Positions 54,193-63,910 of a stretch of 64,000 bases of DNA are shown here, one piece after another. Within the stretch, counting starts at the first letter, position 1; each line of letters begins with the position of its first letter. Under the pieces are notes generated by a model. That model did not search any database. It was not told where the DNA came from and was given only the letters and a program-made list of their open reading frames with translations. The stretch is from the NCBI GenBank assembly GCA_021463865.1, contig JAJTXY010000004.1:162858-226857 (forward strand). The letters run 5' to 3'. Made by a program: the position numbers and the translations under genes. Source of the DNA: Anaerolineae bacterium. GTDB taxonomy: Bacteria > Chloroflexota > Anaerolineae > Aggregatilineales > J027.

Positions 54193-55770
54193 GTGAGCAA
54201 CATGCTGAGAAAACTTCAAAATCTCGAAACAACCGACCTTACCTATTCCCGACCCAAACGCATGGCGGTGATTGATGTCGGCTCAAACAGTTTCCGCCTG
54301 ATCGTCATGGATTATGTATCGGGCACGTGTTTTCAACTCAGCGATGAAATCCGCGAGGTGGTACGTTTGGGGTCGGGCCTCTCCGAAACAAAAGTGCTGC
54401 GGGCGACACAGGTTGAATTGGCGGTTAATACCATGAAAATGTATGCCGCATTTTGTAAGGCTGCGGGCATTGTTGACGTGCGAGTCTGTGCCACCGAAGC
54501 TGTGCGCCTTGCTAACAATCACAATGCTTTTTTGAACCGCGTTCGCAACGAAACAGGCCTAGAGGTTCGCATCCTGTCCGGCGAAGAAGAAGCCTATTAT
54601 GGCTATCTGGCGGCGGTCAACAGTACGACCCTAACCGATGGATTTGCGATGGATTTAGGCGGGGGCAGCCTCGAAATCACGCATATTCAAAACCGCCACA
54701 TGCGGGAATCAGTCAGTCTACCGTTGGGGGCGATTCGCGCGACGGAAGATTACCTGACAGGCGACCCGATTGACCCCAAATCCGCCGAAAAGTTGGATAA
54801 GGCCGTGCGCAAAATGGTGACTGAATTGGGGTGGTTTCGTGCTGCGCGCGGTCATATGCTGATAGGACAAGGAGGTACGCTGCGCAATTTGGCCCATATT
54901 GACCAGCAGACGCAAAATTATCCACTGGACGAACTGCATGGCTATCAGCTTTCCACGAAGGGTCTCAAACAAATCTACGAGCAACTATTGCCCATGACCG
55001 TACAGCAAAAACGGCGTATTCCCGGCATGAAAGATGATCGGGCCGACATCACGACGGCGGGCTGTATTGTGATTCGCGCCGCTGTTGAAACCGCCGGGTT
55101 TGATGGTGTGACCATTTGCCATCAAGGAATGCGCGAAGGGGTGTTTTATGAGTATTTTTTGCAAGACACCCCCGGCCATTTATTTGAAGATGTGCGCCGC
55201 GCTTCCATCTATAACCTTGCCAACCTGTACCATTTTCAACAGCCCCATGCCGAACATGTGGCGAAATTGGCCCTGCAAATTTTTGATCAGATTCCACCCG
55301 ATATTTTGGCCTGCACCCCAGCAGATCGAGAATTATTGTGGGCAGCCTGCATTTTGCACGATATTGGCGTGACGGTGGATTACAACGACCATCACAAACA
55401 CAGCTTCTATTTGGTGTTGAACGCAGGTCTTCCCGGATTTAACCACCGCGAATTGGTGCTGATTGCACTGATGACCCGCTTTCATCGTAAAGGGCCTGTT
55501 ACTATCAACGGGTATGGGTCACTGTTAGAAAAGGATGATGACCAAAAATTGCTGCAAATGACAGCCTGCTTGCGTTTAGCCGAACAACTAGACCGCAGCC
55601 GCGATGGGGTGGTTCATGAAGTGCGCGTCCACATCGGCGGACAATTTGCTCAATTAGAGTTGTTGGTCGGCGGGGACGGTGTTGTGGCGGAATGGAGCGT
55701 GCTGCGCCATGCCGATATTTTCACCAAAGCCTTCGATAAAGACCTCGAAATTGTGACTACCCCGGTTTAA
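54193..55770 (+). CDS. Ppx/GppA-family phosphatase with a C-terminal HD domain
   Basis: AVIDVGSNSFRLIV (ASKHA phosphate-1 motif), ..MDLGGGSLE.., and the HD region ..ACILHDIG..DYNDHHKHS... The start is GTG 54193 or ATG 54202. Confidence 0.85.
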   Translation: MSNMLRKLQNLETTDLTYSRPKRMAVIDVGSNSFRLIVMDYVSGTCFQLSDEIREVVRLGSGLSETKVLRATQVELAVNTMKMYAAFCKAAGIVDVRVCATEAVRLANNHNAFLNRVRNETGLEVRILSGEEEAYYGYLAAVNSTTLTDGFAMDLGGGSLEITHIQNRHMRESVSLPLGAIRATEDYLTGDPIDPKSAEKLDKAVRKMVTELGWFRAARGHMLIGQGGTLRNLAHIDQQTQNYPLDELHGYQLSTKGLKQIYEQLLPMTVQQKRRIPGMKDDRADITTAGCIVIRAAVETAGFDGVTICHQGMREGVFYEYFLQDTPGHLFEDVRRASIYNLANLYHFQQPHAEHVAKLALQIFDQIPPDILACTPADRELLWAACILHDIGVTVDYNDHHKHSFYLVLNAGLPGFNHRELVLIALMTRFHRKGPVTINGYGSLLEKDDDQKLLQMTACLRLAEQLDRSRDGVVHEVRVHIGGQFAQLELLVGGDGVVAEWSVLRHADIFTKAFDKDLEIVTTPV

Positions 55771-56429
55771 TCTTCGCGGGGCGGTACTTCACCAAATTGG
55801 GTTTGTTCGACCAGCGAATAGAATGAATGGGTCAATTGACTGGCGTCGGTTTCCCCCTCTGCCAACGCCTTATGATTGGCAACTTCAAAATCAGCATGGA
55901 GCCGTTCGATTAGACCAACCTGAAAACTGGCGGGTTCAACAGAGAACAGAACCAACAAACTCGTATGCTGGCCGCGCACAAAACACAGCCATGCGCCATT
56001 ATCGAGTTCGATACTGCGTACTGCCGCGTTAAAAATTTCGACTGTGGCGGAAGCATACACCTCTAACATAGGCGTCACCAATTCGGCCTCGACCACAAAA
56101 TCCCCAACCGTCTCAAGCGGCATTCCAGAGTGGTTGCTATAGACACTTAGACCGACGGGCATGGATTCAAAGCGACGACGGATTTCAAGGGTGTCCTCAC
56201 CATCCGCAATAGCATCGCGCCAACCCGCCGGATCAGACTCGGCAATCATCTGGGCCACTAGCAGAATTTGGCGCTGATACCGATCATACAGCCGCAAAAA
56301 TTGAGCACGATTGAGTTCACCTGCTGCAAATTCTTGGGCAATGCGCGACATTTTTTTGTGGACATCCCCGATAAAATTCTGCCCCCGTCGAACCTCATCA
56401 TTGCGGCGGTTTCTGTCGTCTAGGCTCAT
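55767..56429 (-). CDS. Hypothetical protein (C-terminal half possibly Roadblock/LC7-like)
   Basis: 220-aa ORF whose stop overlaps the convergent Ppx gene by 4 nt. No strong motif. Confidence 0.45.
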   Translation of the reverse strand: MSLDDRNRRNDEVRRGQNFIGDVHKKMSRIAQEFAAGELNRAQFLRLYDRYQRQILLVAQMIAESDPAGWRDAIADGEDTLEIRRRFESMPVGLSVYSNHSGMPLETVGDFVVEAELVTPMLEVYASATVEIFNAAVRSIELDNGAWLCFVRGQHTSLLVLFSVEPASFQVGLIERLHADFEVANHKALAEGETDASQLTHSFYSLVEQTQFGEVPPRED

Positions 56430-56698
56430 ACCCCATCCATCTCGATTAAAGTTATGCAGTACAATGATTATAGCGAACCGAAGCTAAAAAGAGGTTAATT
56501 TGCCAGCGAAAAATAATTATCATGATGCCGAAAAAAATGCCTTACTTATAGTGTCCCATGTGAACAAATCATGTTAGCCTATCAAAGCGACAAACTGCCT
56601 GAAAATGCGCCAGTTGGTACTTGATTTTGGTTTTGCAAATCCGGATTGTTAGGTACAATATTATTATTAATGATTTTCAAAATAAGGAGAGTATAAAG

Positions 56699-57244
56699 GT
56701 GTTGAAAAAGGCATTTGGTGGGTCATCTCTGGTTTTCTTAATCTCAACAGTGGGAATGATGACGCGAATTTACGCCCAAGGTGGAGGCGATGGAAAAGCC
56801 GAGTGTGACCAACCAGCAATTGTAGCTGAATATAATGAAAAATTTACCTCCGCCGAAGATTGGGCTACCCTCTCTGAAACTCTAAATGAATTTCAATCTG
56901 TAGTTGCTACTTGTAATGAAGGTTATATATGGTCCGGATTTGCCGACAGTCAAATAGGGCCAATAGAGTTGGAGCAAGGTGTCTATATACTCGAATATAC
57001 CTCAACGGTTGACAGGGGTGAAGTGTTTAATTATTTCAATGTTGACTTAACCAGCGTAACTGATGAATCCGAGAGCGAAGACTACATTATTTATGACGAC
57101 TTTCCCGGAGATGAAAGTCATGAGGGCGAGATTGTAGAACTTAAAGGTGGTGCCACACTTCGGCTCAATGGTGGAAAATATCTTTTCGAGCTAGACCTCT
57201 TAAACTACCAAGATTGGACAGTGAGGCTTTACAAGGCTGACTAA
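56699..57244 (+). CDS. Secreted protein, unknown function
   Basis: GTG 56699 is preceded by AAGGAGAG. The signal peptide reads LKKAFGGSSLVFLISTVGMMTRIYAQGG. Confidence 0.5.
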   Translation: MLKKAFGGSSLVFLISTVGMMTRIYAQGGGDGKAECDQPAIVAEYNEKFTSAEDWATLSETLNEFQSVVATCNEGYIWSGFADSQIGPIELEQGVYILEYTSTVDRGEVFNYFNVDLTSVTDESESEDYIIYDDFPGDESHEGEIVELKGGATLRLNGGKYLFELDLLNYQDWTVRLYKAD

Positions 57245-57312
57245 CTTAGCCATAAAACTGTAACAGGGGCAGATCTAAAACAACCTGCCCTTTAACTATT
57301 TATCAATCATGG

Positions 57313-59718
57313 CTAGTGCTGTGACACCAGATGCACAATCGTGACGCCCTCACCACCTTCTTTGTCATTGCCACTCATATGTTTGGATACAAGTGGATGG
57401 CGGCTGAGTTCTTCACGGATGGCTTTCCGCAATGCACCTGTGCCCTTGCCGTGAATGACCCGCACGAATGGCAATCCCGCCATGTATGCGGCATCCACGT
57501 AGCTTTCGACTTGGGGAACCGCATCTTCAATCCGACTACCGCGCAAATCCAACTCCAAACCGGGTGATTTGCCGCGCTCAAATTGAGTGCTGGGGCCGTC
57601 ATAGAGTTCCGGCATGGCGGTGCGTTTTTCTTTTTTGCGCTCTTTAGCCGTGCGGCGTTCCAACTCGTTGGGTTTGGCACGAATCCGCAGTCGTCCTACC
57701 AAAACTTCAATTTCGTCGGAGGTGATTTCGGTAATCTTCCCTTCGGCTTTGAGGTTGGGCAGCCAGACCATTTCATCCAAGCGGAACTGTTGCACTTCAC
57801 CGTTATTTGGTTTTTCAACCGGGTCAGGTGTTTTCAGATAATCCGCCGGGGTGATGGTACGGGCTTGCTCCGCCAATTGACGAATGGCATCCAATGGCTG
57901 ACCTGCCCCTTCCAACTGACGCTGCATCCGTCGAACCTCACGGCGTAAATCTTCGAGATCGGCTTCGGCTTGTTCGCGTGCTTCAGCCAGAATTTTGCGG
58001 CGCTCGTGTTCAATATTCTCCACCCGATCCACCAGTTCGAGGCGCAGGTTATCAATCTCCGCTTCTTCTTCTTGTTTACGGCTCAATAGATGACGGATTT
58101 CATCACGGGTTTTTTGAATTTCATCTAGCAAGTCATCCACCTTTAAATCTTCGGTAGCGACCATGCCGCGTGCTTGCTCAATGATGTCGACAGGCAGACC
58201 CAAACGTGAAGCAATCGCCAACGCATTTGAGCGTCCGGGGATACCAACCATCAAACGATAGGTCGGGGCTAGAGTTTCAAGGTCAAATTCGACGCTGGCA
58301 TTCCGTACACCGGGACGTTCATAGCCAAAGGCTTTCAATTCAGGGTGATGGGTTGTCACAATCGTCGTGACCCCACGCTCCAAGAAATGCAGTAGCAGTG
58401 ACCGGGCCAATGCCGACCCTTCCGCCGGATCAGTCCCTGCGCCAAGTTCGTCCAAAATCACCAGTGAACGTGGATTCGCCAGTTTCAAAATCTGGATGAT
58501 GTTGGTCATATGCGACGAGAAGGTACTGAGAGATTGTTCAATGCTCTGTTCATCACCAATATCGGCATAGACATCTTCAAAAACCGATAGAGTCGTCCCT
58601 TGGGCAGCAGGTAGATGTAAACCACACTGGGCCATCAGGGTCATCAACCCTATTGTCTTGAGAGCTACTGTCTTGCCCCCCGTATTCGGGCCAGTGATGA
58701 TGAGCATAAAGGTGTTGTCATCTAACTCGACATCTGTCGGCACAACCTTTTGCTGATCCAGCAGAGGATGACGGGCATTCATCAACTGAATTGTGCCCCC
58801 CGGGTGTTGGGGATTCGCCATATCGGTACGAAATGCGACAAGGTGCGGTTCGGTGGCATCCAGTGACTCAGCATATTTGGCGCGGGCAAAAACCAAATCC
58901 AAATAGGCCAATACTTCGACGGTATGCGAAATTTTATCCGCCGACTCTCCCACCATTTCGGATAAGGCGGCGAGAATACGGCGGATTTCATTTTCCTCTT
59001 CGATTTGCAGTTCTCGGTAGCGGTTATTGAGTTCGACGGTAGTCAATGGCTCAATAAACAAGGTCGCCCCACTGGAACTTTGGTCGTGTACCACACCGGG
59101 GATACGACCCTTGTGTTCGGCCTTCAGCGGAATCACATACCGCCCGTTGCGCTGGGTGACTATCGGCTCTTGTAGATATTTGGCGTTGGCTTGGCTGGTA
59201 GCGATATTGGTGATTTTGCTGTGCAGGCGGTCAAACGAAATACGGAGTTCGCGGCGAATGGTAGCGAGTTTGACGCTGGCGGAATCAAGTATCATGCCCG
59301 TGTCATCCAGCACCCGCCCGATTTCGTTCTGTACCGTCGTACATTCTTCTAAGGTATCCACAATCGCCGACAAGAGTGGAAACTGGCTACCTAATTTACC
59401 AACCGTGCGTTTGAGATTGGTGGCACGGCGCAGAGTGCTGCGAATATTGAGCAGGGTCGAGGCTTCAAGGACAAAACCGCGCCGACAGGACAGTGCAGCC
59501 TCGCGCACATCTGTCACCCCGCCCATATGCGTTTCGGGTTTGGCAAGCAGCAAAGACCGCGCCTCGGTAGTTTCACGTTGCAGTTCACGTGCTACCGACA
59601 AATCTGGAGTAGGGGTCAGGTTCAGAGCCAATTCACGGCCACCTGAAAATGACGTATACTGCGCCAGTTTTTCTAGGATTTTCGGAAGTTCAAGTATGTT
59701 AGCAGATTTCTCGTTCAT
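57313..59718 (-). CDS. mutS2: Endonuclease MutS2 (MutS domain V ATPase plus a C-terminal Smr domain)
   Basis: Walker A is ITGPNTGGKTV. It has ..LVILDELGAGTDP.., a long coiled coil and an Smr domain (LDLRGSRIEDA....VRVIHGKGTGALR). Confidence 0.92.
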   Translation of the reverse strand: MNEKSANILELPKILEKLAQYTSFSGGRELALNLTPTPDLSVARELQRETTEARSLLLAKPETHMGGVTDVREAALSCRRGFVLEASTLLNIRSTLRRATNLKRTVGKLGSQFPLLSAIVDTLEECTTVQNEIGRVLDDTGMILDSASVKLATIRRELRISFDRLHSKITNIATSQANAKYLQEPIVTQRNGRYVIPLKAEHKGRIPGVVHDQSSSGATLFIEPLTTVELNNRYRELQIEEENEIRRILAALSEMVGESADKISHTVEVLAYLDLVFARAKYAESLDATEPHLVAFRTDMANPQHPGGTIQLMNARHPLLDQQKVVPTDVELDDNTFMLIITGPNTGGKTVALKTIGLMTLMAQCGLHLPAAQGTTLSVFEDVYADIGDEQSIEQSLSTFSSHMTNIIQILKLANPRSLVILDELGAGTDPAEGSALARSLLLHFLERGVTTIVTTHHPELKAFGYERPGVRNASVEFDLETLAPTYRLMVGIPGRSNALAIASRLGLPVDIIEQARGMVATEDLKVDDLLDEIQKTRDEIRHLLSRKQEEEAEIDNLRLELVDRVENIEHERRKILAEAREQAEADLEDLRREVRRMQRQLEGAGQPLDAIRQLAEQARTITPADYLKTPDPVEKPNNGEVQQFRLDEMVWLPNLKAEGKITEITSDEIEVLVGRLRIRAKPNELERRTAKERKKEKRTAMPELYDGPSTQFERGKSPGLELDLRGSRIEDAVPQVESYVDAAYMAGLPFVRVIHGKGTGALRKAIREELSRHPLVSKHMSGNDKEGGEGVTIVHLVSQH

Positions 59719-59882
59719 ATCACCGTGTTCATTAAAAGCTATCGAAACGTAACGATGGCGCAGGATGGTTCATGAGGTCATCAACTCTTGCTAGACTATA
59801 GTGAAAATCTCCGCGTCTGTCAATCACCACTTGGCCTATTTAAGACCATTTATCCATCCTGCGCACATTTTTGCTCAATTTC

Positions 59883-61607
59883 TCATGCTGCGACCCCATC
59901 TCGCATTTCCATATAGGCGTGGTAGTTCCCCTTAAAGACACTCAGATGGCCGTCTTCCAATGACCAGATTTGTGTCGCCAAGCTGTCTACCAGATAGCGG
60001 TCATGTGTCACCAACAGGATTGTGCCGTCAAAACTTTCCAGCACTTCTTGGAGTGCTTCCTGCGCGGCGATGTCCAAATGATTCGTCGGCTCGTCCAGCA
60101 GCAGCAAATTTGCACCATCCAGCGCCAAGAGTGCCATCGCAAGTTTAGCGCGTTCACCACCGCTTAACATCCCCACTTTTTTAAACACGTCCTCATTGCG
60201 AAACAGGAATTTCGCCAAGTGATTCCGCGCTTCGCTGGTACGCATGAACTTATGATTAATGAGTTCATCCAAGACGGTGTTATCGGGATTCAGGCTATCA
60301 TGGGCCTGCGCGAAATAGCCAATTTTCAGACTTGCCCCAAACTCGATATGTCCTTCTAACGGAGCCACCTGCCCTATCAAGGTTCGCAGCAGGGTCGTTT
60401 TGCCTGTGCCGTTCCCACCGATAATCGCGGCACATTCACGGCGCAGCAGCACCAAATCATCGCTGGTAAACAAGGGGTGTTCAGGATAGCCCACCAGCAA
60501 ATCACGGGTACGCACGACAATATCGCCGCTACGATGGGTCGTCGTCAGGTGCATGGTCAATTTTGGCAAACGTGGGGTTGGCTTACGGATCGCCTTGATA
60601 GCTTGCTCGGCTTCTATCACCGTAAAAGGACGCACCCCGCCGATACCTAACTCTGACCACTGGGTACTTGCCAAGAAATTGACGAGGCCGACTTCTTGAA
60701 TCGCCACTAGGTCACGACTCAGCCGACGTAACCGCCCTACCGCCATGCCGTTGGTCGAAGCGCGGACAATGTTACGCTTGATATAATCCATTTCTTTCGC
60801 AAGGCGCTCCATTTCCTGCTCATACATCTTCTCGGCATATTCGATGCGTGCCTGTCGCTGCTGGGCATAGGCACTGTAATTACCGCGATAGACCTCAATC
60901 CCGACCCGGCTCATATCCCAAATCGTTGAAACGACCCGATCCAGAAAATATCGGTCATGGCTGACGATAAGCAGCGCCCCCTGCCACATCCGCAAGCGTC
61001 CTTCTAACCACTCGACAGCTTCCACATCCAAATGATTGGTCGGTTCGTCCAAAATGAGCAAATCGGGTTGTTCCAATAGGAGGCGGGCCAACAGTGCGCG
61101 GGTCTTCTGCCCTCCACTGAGATGAGCCAGCGAAGTTTCATAGAGGCCGTCATCAAAACCCAGTCCATGCAAGGTCTGTTTAATCCGCAGTTCATAATCA
61201 TAGCCACCCGCGTGTTCAAATTCGGCCTGCAATCGCCCATATTTGTCCAGCAGTTCTTCGGAATAATCCTCGGCCATGCGCTCCTCAAGATCGCGTAACC
61301 TTGATTCCATCGCCCGCAGGTCGTCAAACACGGTCAACATTTCCGAATAGACCGTATTATCGTGCCCCGCGAAGGCCTGCATAGCTTCTTGATGCAAATA
61401 GCCAATCCGCAGTCCACTGACCGTATGCACATGTCCAGTGGATGGGGGTGTCAGGCCGTTGAGGATAAATAATAATGATGTTTTGCCGACTCCATTGGGG
61501 CCGACCAAGCCGATTTTGGCATTGGCGGGAATGGAAACATGGATACCGCTAAAAATAGTGGTCGCGCCGAAGCTAAGGCTAAGATCATGTGCAGATAAGA
61601 TGGACAT
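59883..61607 (-). CDS. ABC-F family ATPase (two ABC cassettes, no membrane domain)
   Basis: Two Walker A motifs (GPNGVGKTS, GGNGTGKTT), two signature motifs (LSGGQKTR, LSGGERAK) and two Walker B motifs (LLILDEPTNHLD, LLLLDEPTNHLD). Confidence 0.9.
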   Translation of the reverse strand: MSILSAHDLSLSFGATTIFSGIHVSIPANAKIGLVGPNGVGKTSLLFILNGLTPPSTGHVHTVSGLRIGYLHQEAMQAFAGHDNTVYSEMLTVFDDLRAMESRLRDLEERMAEDYSEELLDKYGRLQAEFEHAGGYDYELRIKQTLHGLGFDDGLYETSLAHLSGGQKTRALLARLLLEQPDLLILDEPTNHLDVEAVEWLEGRLRMWQGALLIVSHDRYFLDRVVSTIWDMSRVGIEVYRGNYSAYAQQRQARIEYAEKMYEQEMERLAKEMDYIKRNIVRASTNGMAVGRLRRLSRDLVAIQEVGLVNFLASTQWSELGIGGVRPFTVIEAEQAIKAIRKPTPRLPKLTMHLTTTHRSGDIVVRTRDLLVGYPEHPLFTSDDLVLLRRECAAIIGGNGTGKTTLLRTLIGQVAPLEGHIEFGASLKIGYFAQAHDSLNPDNTVLDELINHKFMRTSEARNHLAKFLFRNEDVFKKVGMLSGGERAKLAMALLALDGANLLLLDEPTNHLDIAAQEALQEVLESFDGTILLVTHDRYLVDSLATQIWSLEDGHLSVFKGNYHAYMEMRDGVAA

Positions 61608-62056
61608 TGTAGGATACCCCTTGTAAACATAATGACAGCACTAAAAAAAAGCCGATGCCGACGGTTTTGTTGCCAAAGGGGTGCGGCACACCCAATTTAG
61701 GTGTGAAGGTGTATGGGAGATAGGGAACACAAAACACATGCAGCACGATGTCAGCAACAAAAAAGTCAGCCCAAACTGGGTGGGTTGGGTTCACTTACCT
61801 TGCGACATCGGGTGACACGGGCTTTGTCCATTCCTATTGGCGGCTGAAGTCTGGGGAGGTAGATATTACCCGCCATGACATCCCCATTGTAGAAGATATT
61901 GACGGTGGTTGTCAATCATTTTGATTTTTTTAGAGGTCAGAATAGGTCGAAGGTCGGAGATTTTTCATTACCCCCCCAAACTTCGGTGGGTATCGTTGAG
62001 AAGTGCATTTCACTATACTATAAAAAGAATATGGACAGAGAAAAGGATTTGACCCT

Positions 62057-63910
62057 GTGGCCTATATCTATGTTTGTGCTGCTCCCGGTGACCAATTACC
62101 TGCTGAACATTTGGCGGGGCAACTGCGGCAAATGCAGCATTCAGTATTTCTGAGTGGACAGCCGCCAGTGGCATGGCAAGAAATGCAGCGCCAAATCGCC
62201 GCCTGTCAGATGATGATGGTGGTCATGAGTCCCGAAGAAGTGGCAACAGGTTATTGTCAGCCCCAAATCGGCGAAGCGGCCCGATTGAATAAACCTATTC
62301 AGCCCGTTATCATGCGCCCAGTGGCCCAACTGCCCATGATGCCCAATCAACTCCCGCCGATTGATATGACACAGGGCATTACTCCACCGGCGGTAGCTGC
62401 ATTGCAAACGGTGACCAACCGGATCAATCGTGCCCCTGCCCCACCCCAGAAATCGGGCCGGAATATGGTGGCGTTGGCAGCAATGGCAGGTGTCGGTGGT
62501 CTGTTTCTGCTGATTGTGTGCATCGTCGCAGCCCTCCTGTTGATGGGAGGCGATGATAATAAAGAAAACAACAATGACGGCGATCAGGTTGCTGGTGATT
62601 TGACCGGATTGACCATCGCCAACAACGTCGAGACCAGCCAAGATCAGCAAACATGGCAAGCAGCATCTAACCGATTTATATTGGCCGAGGGAGACTCCAT
62701 CCGCACCGATGCTACTGGACAAGCGTTATTGACCTTTTTTACCGGAGATGAAACTGAGGTTGCTCCCAATACGGAACTAACCATTGAGGTCATGCAAGGT
62801 GAGGCCGAGGGAGATAACCAAATTCAACTGAACGTGCTGGTGGGTCAAGTCACCAACCGCATTGACCGTACACTCAATGCCAATTCGCGTTATGAAGTGA
62901 AAACTCCCTCTGCCGATGCCGCCGTGCGTGGAACAGTTTATACAGTCAAGGTCGAACCCATCACGGGTCGTTCAACCTTTAGTGTGGAAGAAGGCGTTGT
63001 GGCCGTCACTGCACAGGGCCAAACCCAACTCGCCCAAGCGGGATTTGAAATCGTCGTCGAACCGGGTCAGCCGCCCTCCCCACCGCGCCAACTGCCAACC
63101 CCCACCCTCTCGTTTACGCCATCCCCGACGGCTGCTACGGCCACCTCAACCGTTACGGCCAGTCCAACCACACAGCGGCCTGTCGTCGTACCAACTACTG
63201 CGCCCGTCTCCACCGTCGGCGTGACACCCCTCCTCACCATTACAGGGCCGGGAATCAACGCTACCTTTAACGCTGGTGATGTCATCGCCGTCACTGGAAA
63301 TGTACAAGGGGTTGCGTCGGGTCAGAATATTTTGGTGGAACTACTGCTAACCACCAGTGCTAGTGCGATTGCCTCAAACAATGCCGTCGTGCAGACCAAT
63401 GACATTGCAGCGCTCACCCGCTGGCAAACCACGCTGACCATTCCCGCCAATCTAGGTAGCAGCACACTGCGTATTCGGGCGTCCTATGCCCAAGCAGGAT
63501 TGGCACAGGGCATTTCGGTTCAGGTGGTTGGGGCGGTCATTCCTACCCCCACTATCGCACCAACGTTTACCTCCATCCCCAGCCCGACATCGGCAGCAGC
63601 CTTTATTCGGATTGCCTCGCCCAAGAGTAACGAAATCATCTCACCCGGCAGCTTTACCTTAGTCGGTGAAGCGGGGGGTATCTTCGAAAACAGCTTCACG
63701 CTGCAAATTTTTGTGAACGGGCAGGTGGTCGCGCAATATCCTGTCACCTTTAGTACACAGGAAGTGGGTGGCAGTGGTCGTTTTTCAGTGAGCATTGATA
63801 AAGTGCCTGTTCAACCCGGCACGCAAGCCCAATTGTATGCAGTGGCGTTCTCGCCTCGTGACGGCTCAATTTTGACGGAGACCTCCCTTATTCCGGTAAC
63901 GTTTAGATAG
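62057..63910 (+). CDS. Single-pass membrane protein: cytoplasmic TIR-like domain, TM helix, extracellular FecR domain, Pro/Thr linker, two Ig-like (Gmad2-type) domains
   Basis: GTG start. The N-terminus YIYVCAAPGD...A..L..QL......VFLSG......W......IA.CQMMMVVMSPEEV.....Q.GEAARLNKPIQPV follows the TIR_2 pattern. The TM helix is VALAAMAGVGGLFLLIVCIVAALLLMG. The FecR-like segment is LAEGDSIRTD..G.ALLTFF.G.E.EVAPNTEL...YEVKTPSADAAVRGTVYTV. The C-terminal Ig-like repeats include IASPKSNEIISPGSFTLVGEAGGIFENSFTLQIF. Confidence 0.6.
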   Translation: MAYIYVCAAPGDQLPAEHLAGQLRQMQHSVFLSGQPPVAWQEMQRQIAACQMMMVVMSPEEVATGYCQPQIGEAARLNKPIQPVIMRPVAQLPMMPNQLPPIDMTQGITPPAVAALQTVTNRINRAPAPPQKSGRNMVALAAMAGVGGLFLLIVCIVAALLLMGGDDNKENNNDGDQVAGDLTGLTIANNVETSQDQQTWQAASNRFILAEGDSIRTDATGQALLTFFTGDETEVAPNTELTIEVMQGEAEGDNQIQLNVLVGQVTNRIDRTLNANSRYEVKTPSADAAVRGTVYTVKVEPITGRSTFSVEEGVVAVTAQGQTQLAQAGFEIVVEPGQPPSPPRQLPTPTLSFTPSPTAATATSTVTASPTTQRPVVVPTTAPVSTVGVTPLLTITGPGINATFNAGDVIAVTGNVQGVASGQNILVELLLTTSASAIASNNAVVQTNDIAALTRWQTTLTIPANLGSSTLRIRASYAQAGLAQGISVQVVGAVIPTPTIAPTFTSIPSPTSAAAFIRIASPKSNEIISPGSFTLVGEAGGIFENSFTLQIFVNGQVVAQYPVTFSTQEVGGSGRFSVSIDKVPVQPGTQAQLYAVAFSPRDGSILTETSLIPVTFR

